Position numbers and translations under genes: made by a program. Below are positions 61,697 to 64,000 of a DNA stretch of 64,000 bases, piece after piece. Position 1 is the stretch's first letter. Every line of letters begins with the position of its first letter. Source of the stretch: Botryllus schlosseri (taxonomy: Eukaryota); contig CM119380.1 of the NCBI GenBank assembly GCA_051294905.1, positions 5,766,001 through 5,830,000 on the forward strand, read 5' to 3'. The notes under the pieces are model-generated. The model had not been told where the DNA came from. It did no database searches and worked only from the letters and a program-made list of their open reading frames with translations.

Positions 61697-62691
61697 CAGG
61701 CCGTGTTATTTTTGGCATTTCAGGAGCCAGATGCCAAAACTGCCAAAAATAAAAATTTGAAAATGCCAAAAATAAGCAATTTTTGGCATATGCCAAAAAT
61801 AACACGGCCTGTCAAATAGTGTATTTTGTTCATGGTGTTGGGTTAGCAGGACCTCATTACAAGCGAGAAGAGCGTTTGTGAAAGGCAGGTTTCTTAATCT
61901 GGGTTCAGCCCACCCATTAGGGGTGAAAGCATGGTGTCCTAAATGGTGTGGGCACAGCGAGATTGAACGGCTGACTGCATTTGGTTTACGTCATACTTTC
62001 CATTTGTCCAAAGGCAATTTTACAACCATTTTTGACCGGCTTGTCGAGCACTAAATTTAATAAAATGGGTATCAATGAGAAGCTGCCGCAGTACTGATTA
62101 TTAAAATCTAAATTATATTCTGCTCATGGAACTGGAAGCCCCAAAATCAACCACAATTTTTGCATCGTGATCGAGTTGAACATTGTGACGCAACAAACTG
62201 TCTGGCTATTTCTGAGCTGCATAGTCTCGTTTTGCCAGACAGTCTTGTTGCGTCAATGTTCTTAAACAAGCTAACCTTCCCAGGACTCTTCCATGCGAGT
62301 TGGTAATATTAAAGCCACCAGAAGTGACAAAAGTCCTCCGAAAATATATCAGTAGACTGAAGGAGAAATGATAGTCGGGCTACTAAATAGAATGTGTTGA
62401 GAGACAACACATGAAACTCCTGGAAAAGGATCGGGAAGAAAATTCTTTCCGCGATGAGATCGATGGCACTGGCGAAGTGATCTCTTTTCATGATGCATGG
62501 AAGCCGGTTCGGCCCTCCAAAGATTTTGAAGCTCTGAAAACCTATTGTGGATGACTGGCAACATTCTTTCCCTCAACGGCTACTGTTGAAGCCGATATTT
62601 CCCAGATTCGCTGCCAAAAATAAAAATCGAAAAATGCCAAAAATAAGTTATTTTTGGCAGTTTTGGCATATGCCAAAAATAACACGGCCTG
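61697..62691 (+). mobile_element. hAT-like element with three TIR copies
   Basis: 22-bp TIR CAGGCCGTGTTATTTTTGGCAT at 61697, inverted at 61790-61811 and again at 62670-62691; TSD CTGATCAC flanks only the outer pair. Confidence 0.8.
62160..62610 (+). pseudogene. hAT-like transposase C-terminal remnant
   Basis: LPRTLPCELVILKP...SFHDAW...FEALKTYCG*LATFFPSTATVEADIS fits the hAT dimerization-type motif; several stops. Confidence 0.6.
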
Positions 62692-62804
62692 CTGATCACT
62701 GATCAGCCGACTATCACTACTAATGCTGTCCGGTTGACAGTACAGTTCATCACACGAATATGGGGCCAGCAGAATTACCCAGATATCAGAGACCACACCG
62801 TGTC

Positions 62805-63110
62805 TAAACTTGGCCGAAATCATCCACGAGTGGGCTCTGAATAACGTTAGCGTGCCACAGTAGACTGCCACAGATTATGTAGGCTGCTGATGGTAGCTCT
62901 GCGTTGTCTTGATCCTATTCTTCCCGACAAGGTACGGACTTGTTTGATAAACCATATTTCGCCCCTATTCCAATTCAAGAGAGAAGATATGCTCATCCCA
63001 AGAACTGGATTAGTTGTGTCAAACTGGCCTCGGAAAGATCTCTCTGTTCGACTGAAATCAATGTGTCGTTCCATGCATTTTATATGACTGTCTGTCTGGT
63101 ATTTGTATGC
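62805..63110 (+). pseudogene. Possible EnSpm/CACTA transposase N-terminal remnant
   Basis: LAEIIHEWALNN / LLMVALRCLDPILPDKVRTCL / RYAH..W resembles L.EWA...LL..L...P.LP.D.RTLL..Y.HFG; frameshifted. Confidence 0.35.
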
Positions 63111-63333
63111 ATGTTCGTGGTGGATTTTATTATAACTAACACGGCAGGCAAGAAAACATAGCCTATTGTCAAATTGTGATGTTTTGCAAGACAAGAGTCA
63201 ATATCTCTGTCAGAAAGCAACAACGATTCAGGTAGCGATAGGGGTATTAGCGGTTGTAAGTTGTAGTAGCGAGAGGGTTAATGCGCGGCAATGAAAGGGT
63301 TAACAAGTGTGCAGCTGAATTGCGAAAAGTAGC

Positions 63334-63709
63334 CTATATCTTTTGAAGCATCGTTTTGGCATCGAAAGTGTATGATCCGCCGGCGATGGCTTCCAATTTT
63401 CTTGACTGGGGTTCGTGTAAATCAGGATTACATGCCAGCTTGTAAGTTAAAGTCCATCCATACCTATCCAAAAACAAAGCTATTCTAATATATCGCAAAA
63501 GTTTCTTCACAATCTCAAAACGACATTGAAACAAACTGCATATTCATTCATGATTCACGATGAAATAGTTATCGATGGGAAAGTATTGCTGCTGGAGATC
63601 TAATTCTTCTTTAGGAAGCATTAGCACGATTGGTCTCAAAAAAAGATGAATTAATTCCACCGCCGTGTAATCTTCCAAATGTTTCTTTTTCTCATCCCCA
63701 TCTGGTATC
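63334..63709 (-). other. Candidate (pseudo)exon of an unknown gene, 125 codons with one internal TGA
   Basis: Acceptor ttcttgttagtgtaactgcag at 63710; frame IPDGDEKKKHLEDY...NHE*ICSLFQC...LQKI*. No family recognised. Confidence 0.3.
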
Positions 63710-63917
63710 CTGCAGTTACACTAACAAGAAATCATACGTAAGTCGCTATATTAGGCTAAGTTGTTCCTAACCTTGACATGACATTATAAAGACTAAGACA
63801 AATAGGCTAACAAAAATATAATAAGTTTTGAAGTACCGGTTCATCTGGTACATTGTGTGATGACGGCTCCTCATTTTACATGATATAGCAGAGATTCATG
63901 ACTGAATTTATCTAATG

Positions 63918-64000
63918 CAGTGGTTCCCAACCTTTTTGTCTTCATTCCCCACTTCAGATTCATTCCGAACCATCATTCACCACCAGGACCGTAACAGCAC
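63918..64000. mobile_element. Left end of a further hAT MITE
   Basis: CAGTGGTTCCCAACCTTTT; runs off the window. Confidence 0.7.

Overview
AT-rich animal genomic DNA, probably a marine invertebrate (inferred from spliceosomal introns, the TE families present and the kelch genes). No prokaryotic operons or CRISPR arrays. Most of the window is nested transposable elements, many bounded by readable TIRs/LTRs and target-site duplications (TSDs). Main contents: (1) an apparently intact ISL2EU/PHIS-type DNA transposon (5652-9951) with 281-bp TIRs, a spliced THAP-HTH-DDE transposase and a convergent SWIM+YqaJ (lambda-exonuclease-like) gene, inserted in a hAT MITE; (2) a very young, almost non-coding LTR element (46560-50992, LTRs 326/328 identical); (3) an internally deleted Copia element (51945-61049) carrying a MITE and a full-length I-clade LINE (53601-59227) whose ORF2 has one in-frame stop and no AUG before the endonuclease; (4) many hAT MITEs, a piggyBac MITE, CACTA and Chapaev elements, and a tRNA-derived SINE; (5) a decayed 28S rDNA fragment inside a hAT MITE; (6) host sequence: one intact terminal kelch-repeat exon (29284-29849) plus several decayed BTB/BACK/kelch remnants, suggesting a BTB-kelch paralog cluster. 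All family assignments come from motif recognition by eye; no database search was run.
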